A stretch of DNA of 64,000 bases, from positions 1,366,165 to 1,430,164 of the forward strand of contig NW_003314263.1 of the NCBI RefSeq assembly GCF_000143415.4, read 5' to 3'. The notes beneath the pieces were generated by a model. The model did no database searches. It had not been told where the DNA came from and was given only the letters and a program-made list of their open reading frames with translations. The first letter of the stretch is position 1, and each line of letters starts with the position of its first letter. The position numbers and the translations under genes are program-made. Below, piece after piece: positions 36,258 through 47,718 of the stretch. Source of the DNA: Selaginella moellendorffii (taxonomy: Eukaryota; Plantae; Lycopodiophyta).

Positions 36258-37006
36258 AAAATAATGTTGCACTTATATAAAGGACCATGTAAATCTTATA
36301 TAATTGTTTGACTTTTTAAGAAAATAAAAAAATTTCTCTGTAAATCCTAAATATATTACTTATATCTTATAGAATGCAAGGTAATGTTTGACTTAAAAAG
36401 GATTTTAAAAGATTAAATTACTATTTTTAATCTTTTATATTAATAGTTAAAATTGTTATAATTATTAAGTAACGATATGTAAACAATGCTGAATGTTACT
36501 TTTGAGCAAACCTATGTGTAATTATGCTTAGATATTCTAGCATATTATTTAATATAAATATATTTAGAATTTATAATAAATTATTGTGCTTGCTTAATAG
36601 TAATATTTATTCAGATCCCTTTGATAGTTTTTGTGTCATAACAGTAGACTCACTTAAGAAAGAATATGTTAATCTCTTCAACTTTGATTTTATCATCTAG
36701 GACCAAAATTAAAATACATCATCTTATTCCAACTAAGGATGTTTATCCAATTAAGGTTTTTGTTCAACATTAGTTACTAAAGGATATTAACTTTTTTTAC
36801 GCTAATATCACAGAAATGTTAGAGAATAATATTATTTGAAAGTCTTAGAGTCCTTGGGCATGTAAACCTTATTTTATGATAAAGTTGAATGTGAGTAATC
36901 ACTATTGCATTAATTATTATTCATTAAACAAGATGACTATGCCAAATATATACCTTTTTTCTCACACTACTGATCTTAAGAGTGTACCTTGCAACTAGAT
37001 GTTTTA

Positions 37007-37344
37007 CCTATACATCACCAATTTTCATTTAGCTAGCCAAAAGGAAAGCTACCTAAGTCAAGGACTTTCACAATAGGAGTTAAAATTTGTTAAATACACC
37101 TTAAAAGAAGGTGAGTTGGAAAGTCCCCTGAAGTACCAGTGAGGAGGTGCTTTTTAAATGCAAAGTTTAGAGTGTGATCATATTAAAATGCCACATCATA
37201 ATGCATTGAAAGCACACTTTTATTGAACAAGTTCTTGTAGCTAGCGAGCCTCTTCCTAATAAATATTTCTTACTTTTTTGTTTTTGCTTGACCCGGCCTT
37301 TGTTGCCATGTTTGGATTTGTTGTGCTACAAGTTTACAAACTCT
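37007..37344. repeat. Direct duplicate of ~39397-39790
   Basis: Shared TACATCACC..GCTAGCCAA..GTCAAGGACTTTCAC..GAAGGTGAGTTGGAAAGTCCCC..CTACAAGTTTACAAACTCTA. Confidence 0.8.
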
Positions 37345-37346
37345 AG

Positions 37347-38230
37347 AGCTTTTGTTCAAAGCTATTTGCTTTCAAGTGTTGAAATGCATGAGGTACGTTT
37401 ATTGTCAATATTCCTGTTCTCTCACTTACTGATTTTCTTTTGTAGAGCGCCCCTCCAGAAATAACTGGACGGAAGTGGCTGTTCTTGCAGGGTAATCTAG
37501 TCTCCCGACTTACCTTTCTTAAGTGCTTTGTTAGCAGCTCAGTGCGAATTTCAAGTAAAGAGAAGTGCAACAGTAACAGAAGTTGATGCATTCAATTTAA
37601 CCAAAAAGCGCATGGCAGTGATTGCAAAGTAGATAAATATTGCAGTATCAGTAGTTGCTTTGCAGACAGAAGATGGAAAAGCATGGATTCATTGGAAAGG
37701 TGCTTCAGAAGTTGTATTGGCTCAATGTTCAAACTTTATGGATGAACAAGGGGATGTCAGCCCTTTGACCCCTGAAAAAGTTTGTAATGGTGATGCCGCT
37801 ATGCTGATCTTATTTTCCCCAGTTGCAAGAGCTACAAGAAATTATTGAGACCTTTGCAAATGCCAACTTGCAAACGCTGTGTCTGGCTTGTAAGGAGCTT
37901 CCTCAGAATGAGTTTCTTGCACGGCCTCCTAAGAAGCATTTGACTATTGGACCTCACTTGTATAGCTATCGTTGGAATCAAGGATCCATGCAGACTATGT
38001 GTTCCTGAAGCTGTTCAGAAGTGTCAAATTGCTGGCAGTGTTGTGCATGCATTCTTGGCTTATAAAAACCATATTACAGGTCAGGATGGTAATTGGAGAC
38101 AACATAACAAGTGTCAAAGCTTGAGTGTATAGACAACTATGCTGTATAGCTTTCTTTATTTTTTCATTCTGGTTTTCATTGTTGTAGTACAGCAATATCC
38201 ATATGATTGTTAAAGAACAAATCTAATATA
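37347..38230 (+). pseudogene. Partial duplicate of the ACA gene (~7618-8480) fused to its 3' flank (~10574-10700)
   Basis: [29 protein letters not shown] is nearly identical, with introns retained and frameshifts. At ~38120 the copy jumps to TTGAG.GTATAGACAAC, which matches 10574. Confidence 0.9.
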
Positions 38231-38389
38231 TTAGAGATTTATACATTATGACATATAATTATTACTAAAAGACTTTTATTTCAGTTAGTAATAGTGTTGT
38301 TGAGAAAATATAAAATATATACTATAAGTTTAAATATTATTACATATAGAGAATAATATAATTTAACATACTGACAAATAAACAAAATT

Positions 38390-38800
38390 AATTATACTTT
38401 CAACCGTTTATGAAAATTGATAGTATTGATGTAGTTTTAGTAAAAGGAAAACTTTAAAAAAATCAAGGTGTTTTCTTGCAATATTGGTTCAGAGAAAATT
38501 AAAGGTGAAAAACTTTATTAAGTACGTATATATATTAATTTATTTTTATAAGTGTTTTTGAGTGTAAATTCAGGTTGTGAATTCCATTTATAAGATTATC
38601 CCATCCTTTTTTATTTATTATTATCTATGATTATAAATGATGTAATTTAAGAACTTTAAAATTTTCTAATTCTAAAGGAATAAGTAAAAGGCTTTCTTGG
38701 CAAGATGTGAGATGCTCAATTTGAAATATCCTAAATTATAAATATACGTTATATTAGTTTTATTATTGTAAAGCTTTAAATCTAAAGCCTAATAATTTAA
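38390..38800 (+). repeat. Direct duplicate of the AT-rich segment ~13940-14400
   Basis: Shared GATAGTATTGAT..GAAAACTTTAAAAA, ATCCCATCCTTTT, TCTAAAGGAATAA and TAAATCTAAAGC. Confidence 0.75.
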
Positions 38801-40601
38801 TTTACATTTAAGAATCAAATTTAGTATGAAAATTAATGAATTATTTGTTATATTATCTTTGTTTCTATCTTTATATGCTAGTTTAAAGACAAGTGAGGAA
38901 ACGCTTACTCTTATATATTTTTAAATAAAAGTAAATGTTGGAATTGAGTGAAATATTCATTCAAATAAATAGAAATTTATACATTAAGAGTGTTTCCTGG
39001 CTATTCCTATTGAAAATGCAAACAAAGATGTGTTCACTAGGGAGGTTAAATTTTTATATCATCTCACCCATAAAATAACAAAGGTTCTTTGTGATTTGAA
39101 ACTCGTACTATTACTGATGCCTAAAATGTTTTAGCTTGAGCAAAAACCCATCCATGAACAATGATTTTATGTTCTTTGGTTCATCTTTCTCTTCTGTATC
39201 CCTTGCTATTGTTTTGATGTTGCTATTATGGATCTGGAGACCAATTATCATCAGCTGTAGGTACGTATGGATATCTACCAGGAGACATATTTGTGCTCCT
39301 ATCTTCTTAGCTAAGATCTAAGGTCTTGTGTAAACTCATAGACCAAATCCATTAAGATCTGAGTACATGCAGGAGTTTAGCAACCAGACGTTTTGCATAT
39401 ACATCACCGATTTTCAGAATGCTTCATTTGGCTAGCCAAGAAGAAGGCTACCTAGGTCAAGGACTTTCACGATAGGAGTTAAATTCGTCAAATAAAGAAG
39501 GTGAGTTGGAAAGTCCCCGAGGATCACAACATTTGGAAGCACTACTAGTGAGGTAGTGCTTTTTAAAGGTTAGAAAGCAAAGCTTTTAAAAGAAATTACT
39601 ACTATATATTGTTTTTGTTGTTTGATCATACTAAAATGCCACATCATAATGCATTGAAAGCACAGTTTTGTTGAACAGGTTCTTGTAGCTAGCCAGCCTC
39701 TTCCTAATAAACACCTCTTACTTTTCTTTTTGCTTGACCCGGCCTTTGTCGCCACGTTTGGATTTTCCGCACTACAAGTTTACAAACTCTATGGATTCTT
39801 TTGACACCAGCAACTTGCCAAAGGAGATCCTTTGTTTTTAAAACTCACTTCTTGCGTGAGGGGCGAAAATCGTGCTTGCTTGGGGAAAAGAAAGAAGAAA
39901 ATCAAGCCTTTCGCGCAATCCTCTGCATTTTTACCGGTGGAAGAATCCAAGTTCGTCAAAAGCGCGTTCCAATCCTACGCCCCGTGATGCGGTACTGCGG
40001 GATTCACTATCTCGTCCGTAAAATACACACTCCCCGGAATGGAGGAAGAAGACTACATAATGCCACCGATTCCCTTGCTCCCTGTAAGAGACAAAAGCGT
40101 TTGGAAGAACTCTCAAAACTGTGAAAGAAGAAACGAATAAAAAAGAGCGAGAAGCTTACCATTTTGGCTGAGATCACGATGCATTAGATCATAGCGAGCT
40201 AAAAAGCCACTGTTCATCCCCCTGCCTCTCTCATTCCTGGGCTCCTCTTTCTGGATCTCTATCCGATTCGATTGCCAGCGATGGAGGACACGTCTGACTT
40301 CAAGCAAGCACACAGCAGCAGGAGCGCGAAAATCCCGTCCACCGGTGTACTTAAGCTAGTACCTCGCTCGCCTTCATAATTCACAAGCAAACAGGTAAAA
40401 ACGGAACTTTTTGTGGTTGCGTGCATACCTCGAGTGCCGGATCTCGCTGCGACACGCTCTTGCGTCCCAGAACAGAGCTCCAAGGACATAGATCCCAGAT
40501 CTCCAGATTTTCAAGTCGTCCATATCTCCGACTGGTATAAGAGCGGCAGCTTGCTCTCGGTGTTGGCGCTAAGTTGTAGTCTCTCTCTTCTCCAAAACAT
40601 C

Positions 40602-42173
40602 ATGATAGTTCTTCCGCGGCGCAGGCTCAAGAAGAGTGTCAGCTTCTCGTCTCCTCTCGACTATGCTGCTGCCGCTGCCGCTGCCACGGACACTCAAAGC
40701 GTTTCCAGCGCCTTGAACTTGCTCCACATCAACTTGCAGAAGGGATGCTCTTCGGCGGTGTATCCCTCCTCGGACGCGGAGCGTAGCAGCAGCGACAGGA
40801 TCCCATCTCCATCTCCATCTCCCTCTCCGTCAATCGGCTCCCCTTGCGGAAGCCCGATCACCAAACCGCACAAGTCCAACGACACCGCGTGGGATTATGT
40901 CCAGGCTCTGAAGTCCCCGGACGGCAACCTCGACATAAGCCACTTCAAGCTGATGCAGCGAGTCGGGGGCGGAGACATCGGCATCGTTTTCCTGGCGGAG
41001 CTCGTCAACAGCAGCAGCAGCTACCGCTTCGCCGTGAAGATCATGGACAAGGAGCACCTGGTGAAGCGGAACAAGCTGTCCAGGATCGCCACCGAGAGGC
41101 GGATCCTGGAAATGCTGGACCATCCTTTCCTCCCGACTCTCTACGGCTCGTTCGAGACCTCCGAGCACGCCTGCTTCGTCATGGATTTTTGTCCCGGTGG
41201 AGACCTCCACAAGCTCAGGCAGCGGCAGCCGAAGAAGCGTTTCGACGAGGAGACTGTCAGGTTGGTCTGCTTCGAAAGTTTCTCCACACTCTTTCCCTGA
41301 GCTTGATGATTTTTCTGTCACAGGTTCTACGCGGCAGAGGTGCTCCTGGCGCTCGAGTACTTGCACATGATGGGAGTTGTGTACCGAGATCTCAAGCCCG
41401 AAAACGTGCTGGTAAGAGATGACGGCCACATCATGCTCACAGACTTCGACTTGTCTCTCGAATTCGATGCCGCTCCAAGCATGCTCAAGCCTCATCGCCT
41501 TTACGGCTTGAGATCCCCGAGCATGTCACCGTTTCTATCCTGTGCCAATCCTTCTCCGAATCGAGCGACACCTTCCTGCGTCCCTGCCTCTCTCGCATCA
41601 CCAAAGTTCCTGAAAAGACACGGATCACTTCCAGCTCCAAGGAAACAACCAGAAAGCAGCAACTTGAAGAGAAGTACCTCATCACTGCCGCAGCTCAACG
41701 TCGAGCCAGCCCACCTCCGCTCCATGTCTTTCGTTGGAACTCACGAGTACTTGGCACCGGAGATCATCGCTGGTGGTGGTCACGGCGGCGCTGTAGACTG
41801 GTGGACCTTGGGAATCTTCATCTACGAGCTTCTCTACGGCCACACCCCCTTCAAAGGCACCAACAACGATGCGACGCTCATGAACGCTTTCTCCAAAAGC
41901 TTGCTGTTCCCATCCGACGTGGAAGTCAGCCTCTTTGCAAAGGATCTTATCAAGAGCCTGCTCGTCAAGGACCCCAAAAGGAGGCTTGGTTTCGGGAGAG
42001 GAGCTGCGGATATCAAAACGCATCACTTCTTCGAGGACATCAACTGGCCTCTCATCCGCTGGTCACAGCCTCCCCTCGTACCAAAGCCTTTCATCAAGAG
42101 CACTACACTAAACCAAGCTCAAGAACAAAGTCCTCAAGACGCTGCTAAAGATCCTAGCTTTGACTGCTTCTAA
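40602..42173 (+). CDS. AGC-VIII (AGC1/D6PK-like) Ser/Thr kinase; start uncertain, possible upstream exon from ATG 40281
   Basis: HFKLMQRVGGGDIG, MLDHPFLPTLY, YRDLKPEN, DFD motif followed by an insertion, SMSFVGTHEYLAPE, C-terminal FxxF (FDCF). Intron 41261-41323. Confidence 0.92.
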
Positions 42174-42493
42174 CACCTTTGTGTGAAATACGAAAAACTA
42201 GAATCCGAGCTCAAAGAGAAAAAAAAAGGGATGGAAACCGACCGGCTCTCACGCACTGACATAAGAAAAACTTAGATCGAGCTCGAAGGAAAAAAAACGA
42301 ATGCGAAGACCAAGAAAATTAAAAAAATCGTGTCGAATGCTCATCTATCACTTCTCTCATGCAAGCAAAACCCTGGACCCTTGCTTTGTAAGTCTCAAAA
42401 CAAAGAACCAAAAGAAAACTCTCGCCCTTGCAATGCGAAACTTAAACCCTGGATCGCTCAAGAACCAAAAGAAATGCTGGATGGATCGATCAC

Positions 42494-42754
42494 TCACTCG
42501 CTTTGCCGCATCAACGCATCGCGCTCCTTCTTCACAAGCTGCTCGATCTTCGTCCCCTCCAGCCGCTTGGTGAAGCACGCCTGATACTCCTCCCACTCGG
42601 CGCCGCAATCCTCCTTCTTCCACGGCTCCATCTTCTTCACGTACGTCTCAAGATACCACCGATTGAAGCATCGATCGTAGGCGCTCCGCGCCGCCTTGCA
42701 TGGATCGCCAGATGATCGCCGCGAGGGCGTCGACGATTCTAGCGGCCTCGCCAT
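42494..42754 (-). CDS. MDM35: MDM35/TRIAP1 family mitochondrial intermembrane-space twin-Cys-motif protein
   Basis: PCKAARSAYDRCFNRWY and CGAEWEEYQAC. Confidence 0.85.
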   Translation of the reverse strand: MARPLESSTPSRRSSGDPCKAARSAYDRCFNRWYLETYVKKMEPWKKEDCGAEWEEYQACFTKRLEGTKIEQLVKKERDALMRQSE

Positions 42755-42842
42755 TAGCCCTAAAATATGGAACGAGAAATGCCATCGTATTTACAAACAA
42801 GGAACTTCTATCATATCAAAGCATTGCTTCTTCGTTTTTATC

Positions 42843-43522
42843 CTAGTCCTGGACTACAGAATGGACCAAAATGGCCGCCTCGTCTTCCACTGGAACGATC
42901 AAAACCACCAAAGATCTCGACCAAGAACAAACGAAACGAAGAACTCACACGAACCTGTCACGGCGTTTTTCCTCCTGAGATCATCCGAGGAAGCTGGAGC
43001 AGCGGCGGCCTCGGCAGCGGCATTCACAGCCTCTTTCACCGTCTGGACCGACTGAACGATCGTCTCTTCCACCGACTGGACCGAGTGGGCGATGGTGTCT
43101 TCCACCGACTGGAGCATCGTTTTGGAGTCGGGCCCCTTTGGTAGATCCTGCTGTGGCTGCTGCTTCTCAACGTCGTCCACGTCGGCACCGATCACTGCGT
43201 CCTTCACGGCTTGCACCGACTGGTTGAAGGAGTCTTCCACCGACTGGAGCAGCGATTTGGAGTCGGGTTCCTTTGGTAAATCCTGCCGGGTCTGCTGCTT
43301 CTCGTTGTCACCAGAGTCGTCCACCTCGGCACCGATCACTGCGTCCTTCACGGCTTGCACCGACTGGTTGAAGGTGTCCTCGAGAGAATGTCGAATCCTC
43401 ACGTTGAGCGGCTCCGCCTCTAAATCCAAATGCTCACCTCCATGCTCACCTCCTTTCGTGCCGGCCTCCGTTCCATCTTTGGCAACGCCTTCTTCTTCCC
43501 GTTGGTTCCCTCCCGAAGCCAT
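42843..43522 (-). CDS. Acidic hydrophilic protein with internal tandem repeats (LEA-like composition)
   Basis: ATG 43522. Repeated S.ED.FNQSVQAVKDAVIGA.VDD...QDLPK.PDSK units. A short intron (~42891-42954) leads to last exon VEDEAAILVHSVVQD*. Confidence 0.65.
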
Positions 43523-43633
43523 TCTCTCCAGCGCTTCTGTGTAGCGGTAGCGGAGCAAAGTGAGCCTCTGGACGAGAGATGAACGTTTTTTTTTTTCTTT
43601 TGCTTTGTTCGTCTGCAAGAACCAACTAGCTCA

Positions 43634-44818
43634 TCAAATCGAGAAAAATTGATATAGAAAGCAAACCGGGATGTGAGAAAAGAAAGTTTTCTTCAAAGAA
43701 TGTGCGACGGCGGCCCTGCCGTTAGAACATGTGGCAGCGACGTGTTCTAGCCGGATTGCCCAGCCATCCGGCGTTTGGGATTCAGCCACGTCGCGTTCAT
43801 ACAAATTATCAACCTGATAAGTCAACTAGGCGCGAGTACCCTGCATAAGTCACACGAACAACTCGTGAGTTTGATTAGAAGCAAAGTAAAATACACGTTT
43901 GACTTTCTTCACGAGCAAAAATACCTGATCATATGGACATTTTCGTCGCCGGTGACCCTTCTTGTGCAGCTTCTGCCTTGCGGACTCGCCTTCCTGATGC
44001 TGCGCAAAAGTGAAAAACAAACATTCAAGTTAGGAAAGCGTCAGATTAGAACATTTGCTGCAACACTTACTCCAATGCAAAAGTTTTGGCTGCTGCTAAA
44101 ACTCTTGAAGAACGGCTCAACAGGCTCGCAGTAGAATGAAGTCGCATTGGAGCAGCTTGACGACGAGTACGCTTGCGCACCAAACATGCTACGTGGATCG
44201 GAACCCGAGCTTGAGCTTTGCGGTGTGTAACTGTCGACCATTTGATCGAACATATCCTTGAGCTCGTTCATGCTACTCTGATTCAGCACAAAAGCACAAA
44301 CAGGTGTCAACTTCGTTGTAAAACTGGACCAAAAACTCACAGCTCGTTCGTGTGTACCTTGGAGCTAGTAGACATCATCGCAACCATCTCGCTCATAAAG
44401 CCTTGCATTCCCTGGTTTAAAAAAAAGAGACCGCATTGAGCCGTGTACAAACAAACAACGTTAACTCACCTCGTCATCTCCCTCGTCATAAAGTCCCGAA
44501 TCATAAAGAACTCTTTTTTTGTCGTCGGATAGCACTGCGATCATATCGTCCATTGAGCAAGCCAATCTTCTGAAGCCCTTACCTGAATAAGCTTCTTGAA
44601 TGCCCTGGAACTTCGCTTTTGCTTGATCCTCTAAAGAGTGTTGCTTATCTGGATGCCATTTCTGCGATTCATCCAAAGAAAAAGAGCAAAATCAGTTAGA
44701 TGGTCACAAAAATTCCACATACCATGGCGAGCTTCCGATAAGCGGAGCGAATTTCCGAGCTAGAACTCGACTTTTGGACACCAAGAACAGTGTAGGGATC
44801 CTCTTTCCTCTTCTCCAT
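43634..44818 (-). CDS. DnaJ (class C J-domain) protein, multi-exon; 3' end uncertain
   Basis: DPYTVLGV..EIRSAYRKLAM|KWHPDK..AKAKFQGIQEAYS|VLSDDKKRVLYDSG, then FMSEMVAMM. Confidence 0.85.
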
Positions 44819-45232
44819 AATCTACCTATCTATGTCCGCTAGTTCTTACCTGTAGATAGTATCTTACACCGAAACTCTACAATCGAGACTCTAGATCCAC
44901 CGAAAATCCGAGAAAGCAACTTAGAAATCACGCTGCCAGGCGCCGCGCCAGTGCAAATGCTCCAGCCGTGCCAATCCACACGCCCTTGTCGCGCCGGCTA
45001 GCTGGAACAGCCGATCGACCTCGTCGAGAACCTCCAACCCTATCCCGCCAGGGTTTTTGGCGCCCATCTCTTCGCGATGATGCATCGCGCAGCTGTTGGA
45101 AGCCTCTAGAAGAAAGAAAATGATGCCAGCATGTCATCTTTGTCCACCGTGGTGGCGCGCAAACACCGCGCGCGGTGGCGGCATGGTGGCAGGATCCACC
45201 GTCCATTTTCAAATCCGGATGACGAACCTTCC

Positions 45233-47524
45233 CTAGATTCCCCAATCGCAGCCGTCGGCGCCAGGCGTACGGACGGGTCCCATTCCCCTGTAAATATCCG
45301 ATACTAGGACGTACGAACCGGGCGAGGTGGGATTCGATCCCAGGACGTCCTGCCCAATGCGTGTCGCGCGCTCGGTATCGCCGTGAGCCTTGCAAGCGCC
45401 CAGCAAGGAATTCCACGCCACCACGCGATCCACCGGCGTGGGGATGGAATTGACGAGCTCCTCGGCCTCGTCCAGGAGTTTCAATCGCCCCAAAAGATCT
45501 ACAAAACAGCAGTAGTGATCCCCAGCCGGCTCGATCCCGTGATCCAATCTCATCGACAAGAAGAAATCCCTGGCGACTGCCATCAAACCCGAGTGGCTGA
45601 ATCCCGTGAGAATTCCCAAAAAACTTATCGAATTCGATGCCAGGCCCTCGAGCAGCATCCGCCCAAACAGCTCGATCGCGCTCTCGTGATGCCCGGAGTG
45701 GGCATGCGCGGTGATTATAAGATTCCACAGCGAAACATCGCAGAGTGGAAGCGCGTGAAAGAGTTCCCGGCTCTCGGCCATATGCCCAAACCGAGCATAT
45801 CCCTGGATCATCGATACCCAGGATATTCTATCGTGAACGGACATGAGTTCAAAAGATTCCTTCGCGTGCTTAATATGCCCGTCTTGGGCATATCCCACAA
45901 TCATAGAGGTCCACGTCACACAGTCCCTCTGGGGCATGGTATCAAAAACGAATCTAGCATCGCTCATGAAATTATTCTGGCTATACACGGCCAGCATTGA
46001 GTTCCAGGTGACGAGATTCCGGAATGGAATCAACTGGAAGAGAATCTTCGCATCTTTTACTCTTCCTGCCTTGGAATATCCGCTGATCAGCGAGGACCAA
46101 GGGAGCTCGCTCCTGTCGGGGGTTTTATCAAAGAGCTCTTTTGCGTCTTCCAGCAGCCCTAATTGGCAGTAGGCTGCGACGAGGCTATTGCTCGACACGG
46201 GATCTTTCTCTGGCATTCTCTCAAACATCGCCTTTGCACTAGGAATATCCCCGCTCTGGGCATATGCGTTGAGAAGAATGTTCCATGTCACCTGGTTGTG
46301 CTCGGGGATGGCATGGAATATCTCCTCGGCATCCCGAACATTCCCGGAATCTCCAAACGCCTGCAGCATAAAGATTCTAGGCATCAGCCCGTGCTCTGGC
46401 ATCTGGGCGTATATGCTTTTAGCATCTTCAAGATGCCCAGACTGGGCATAGACATGCAAAAGCATATGCCAGGCAAAGGCATCTCGTATCTCCATCTGGT
46501 CAAAGAGCTTTCTAGATTCTTGCACGGACGCCAGCTGGCCATGGGCCCTAATCATCGTGGTAAAAGTTATAGAATCCCAGTAAGGCATTCTTGTAAAGGC
46601 CAATTTACACCTTAAGAATTCTCCAGCCTGGGCAAATGCCGATACCATGGTATTCCAAGTAACTTCCGTTCGCTGCGGTAAAAATTCGAAACGATTCCAC
46701 GCATCTTGGTAAAATCCTCCCTGCGAAAGCCCTAGCAAGAGGCAATTCCAAGAGACTACGTTCCAGGAAGGCATCATCACAAACACGGCAATCGAATCTT
46801 CCAGATGCCCTCTCTCGGCAAAGGCGTTGATCATCGTGTTGAAGGAGACGACGTCTCGCTGCTCCATTCGATCGAACAGTCCCTTGGATCCGGCGAGATC
46901 GCTGGAATTGGAGAGCGCTCGCAGCATCGCGGTGGAGGAGATGAGATCCAACGCCGACATTCGCTCAAACGCCTCGATCGCGCGGGCCAGATCGCCAGCG
47001 CCGATGTATGCGTTGATCAGGCTGCTCCACGACGAGGCGTCCTTGGCAGGGATTCTCGCGAAGATGGTCTCGGAGCTCGCGAGGTCTCCAGTCCGGGCGT
47101 GCGCGGCCAGCATCGTGTTCCAAGTCACGCCGTCGCGATCTTCCATCTTCTCGAAGACTTCCCTCGCCAGATCGATCCTCCCGGCCCTGGCGTAGGCGCA
47201 GATCACCACATTCCACGCGACGAGGCTCTGGCGAGGAGCTCGCGGGAGGATTACTCTCGCGGCATCCACGAATCCATTGTGCGCATAGGCCGTGACGATC
47301 GCGTTCCAGGAGAAGGAATTCGGCTCCTGGATCGCGTCGAACACACACTGGCACTCGTCGACGCGGCCGCATTTGGCGTAGGCGTGGATGAGCGCGTTGG
47401 CGACGAATCGATCGCCGCGGAGCGCATCGCTGTGGAGGATCTTCGCGTGGAGCGATCGGAGCTTGGGCAAATCCGCGGCACTAACACAGCTTCTTATGAG
47501 ACACACGATTCCATATTCTCGCAT
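45233..47524 (-). CDS. PLS/E-class pentatricopeptide repeat protein (763 aa, intronless), likely an organellar RNA-editing factor
   Basis: About 20 tandem 31-35 aa PPR motifs, ending HYCCFVDLLGR...AWNSLLGACKAHGD...SYVLVSDIY (E domain). No DYW domain. Confidence 0.92.
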   Translation of the reverse strand: MREYGIVCLIRSCVSAADLPKLRSLHAKILHSDALRGDRFVANALIHAYAKCGRVDECQCVFDAIQEPNSFSWNAIVTAYAHNGFVDAARVILPRAPRQSLVAWNVVICAYARAGRIDLAREVFEKMEDRDGVTWNTMLAAHARTGDLASSETIFARIPAKDASSWSSLINAYIGAGDLARAIEAFERMSALDLISSTAMLRALSNSSDLAGSKGLFDRMEQRDVVSFNTMINAFAERGHLEDSIAVFVMMPSWNVVSWNCLLLGLSQGGFYQDAWNRFEFLPQRTEVTWNTMVSAFAQAGEFLRCKLAFTRMPYWDSITFTTMIRAHGQLASVQESRKLFDQMEIRDAFAWHMLLHVYAQSGHLEDAKSIYAQMPEHGLMPRIFMLQAFGDSGNVRDAEEIFHAIPEHNQVTWNILLNAYAQSGDIPSAKAMFERMPEKDPVSSNSLVAAYCQLGLLEDAKELFDKTPDRSELPWSSLISGYSKAGRVKDAKILFQLIPFRNLVTWNSMLAVYSQNNFMSDARFVFDTMPQRDCVTWTSMIVGYAQDGHIKHAKESFELMSVHDRISWVSMIQGYARFGHMAESRELFHALPLCDVSLWNLIITAHAHSGHHESAIELFGRMLLEGLASNSISFLGILTGFSHSGLMAVARDFFLSMRLDHGIEPAGDHYCCFVDLLGRLKLLDEAEELVNSIPTPVDRVVAWNSLLGACKAHGDTERATRIGQDVLGSNPTSPGSYVLVSDIYRGMGPVRTPGADGCDWGI

Positions 47525-47718
47525 AATATTTTCTTCCAGGGCTTAGGGTTCTTGCGCCATGGTCGAAGGCGCGCGCTCCATCGCGAAAGAATCCACGCGT
47601 CCTCGACCTCAATCCAGGATTCCAGCGTCGTCATAGTGAGGTAATCGTTTCTCGCTGGGAGATTTCGGGAGATTTCCCATCATCGACACAAGAAAGACTC
47701 AAGAACAAGAAAGAAAGA

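Larger units (their letters stand above)
32480..36500 (-). repeat. Inverted segmental duplicate of ~10740-13200 (kinase + PPR + flank), with extra PPR sequence
   Basis: The kinase, its flanks, the PPR fragment (WTALIAGYVQNGAPEMALDLFSQ) and the tail (SNLH..LRKEKVS..SRA.ETEE..ATFVT) all recur in reverse orientation. Confidence 0.85.

Noticed and set aside
11900-38800. A single giant Helitron or Pack-MULE enclosing the accessory region
   Set aside because: I could not identify termini (5' TC with 3' hairpin-CTRR, or long TIRs with a target-site duplication) or Rep/helicase coding sequence by eye; kept only as a hypothesis.
45383-47644. Long plus-strand ORFs (205 and 279 aa) opposite the PPR gene, and similar antisense ORFs over other GC-rich CDSs
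   Set aside because: Shadow ORFs caused by GC-rich codon usage; no recognisable motifs.
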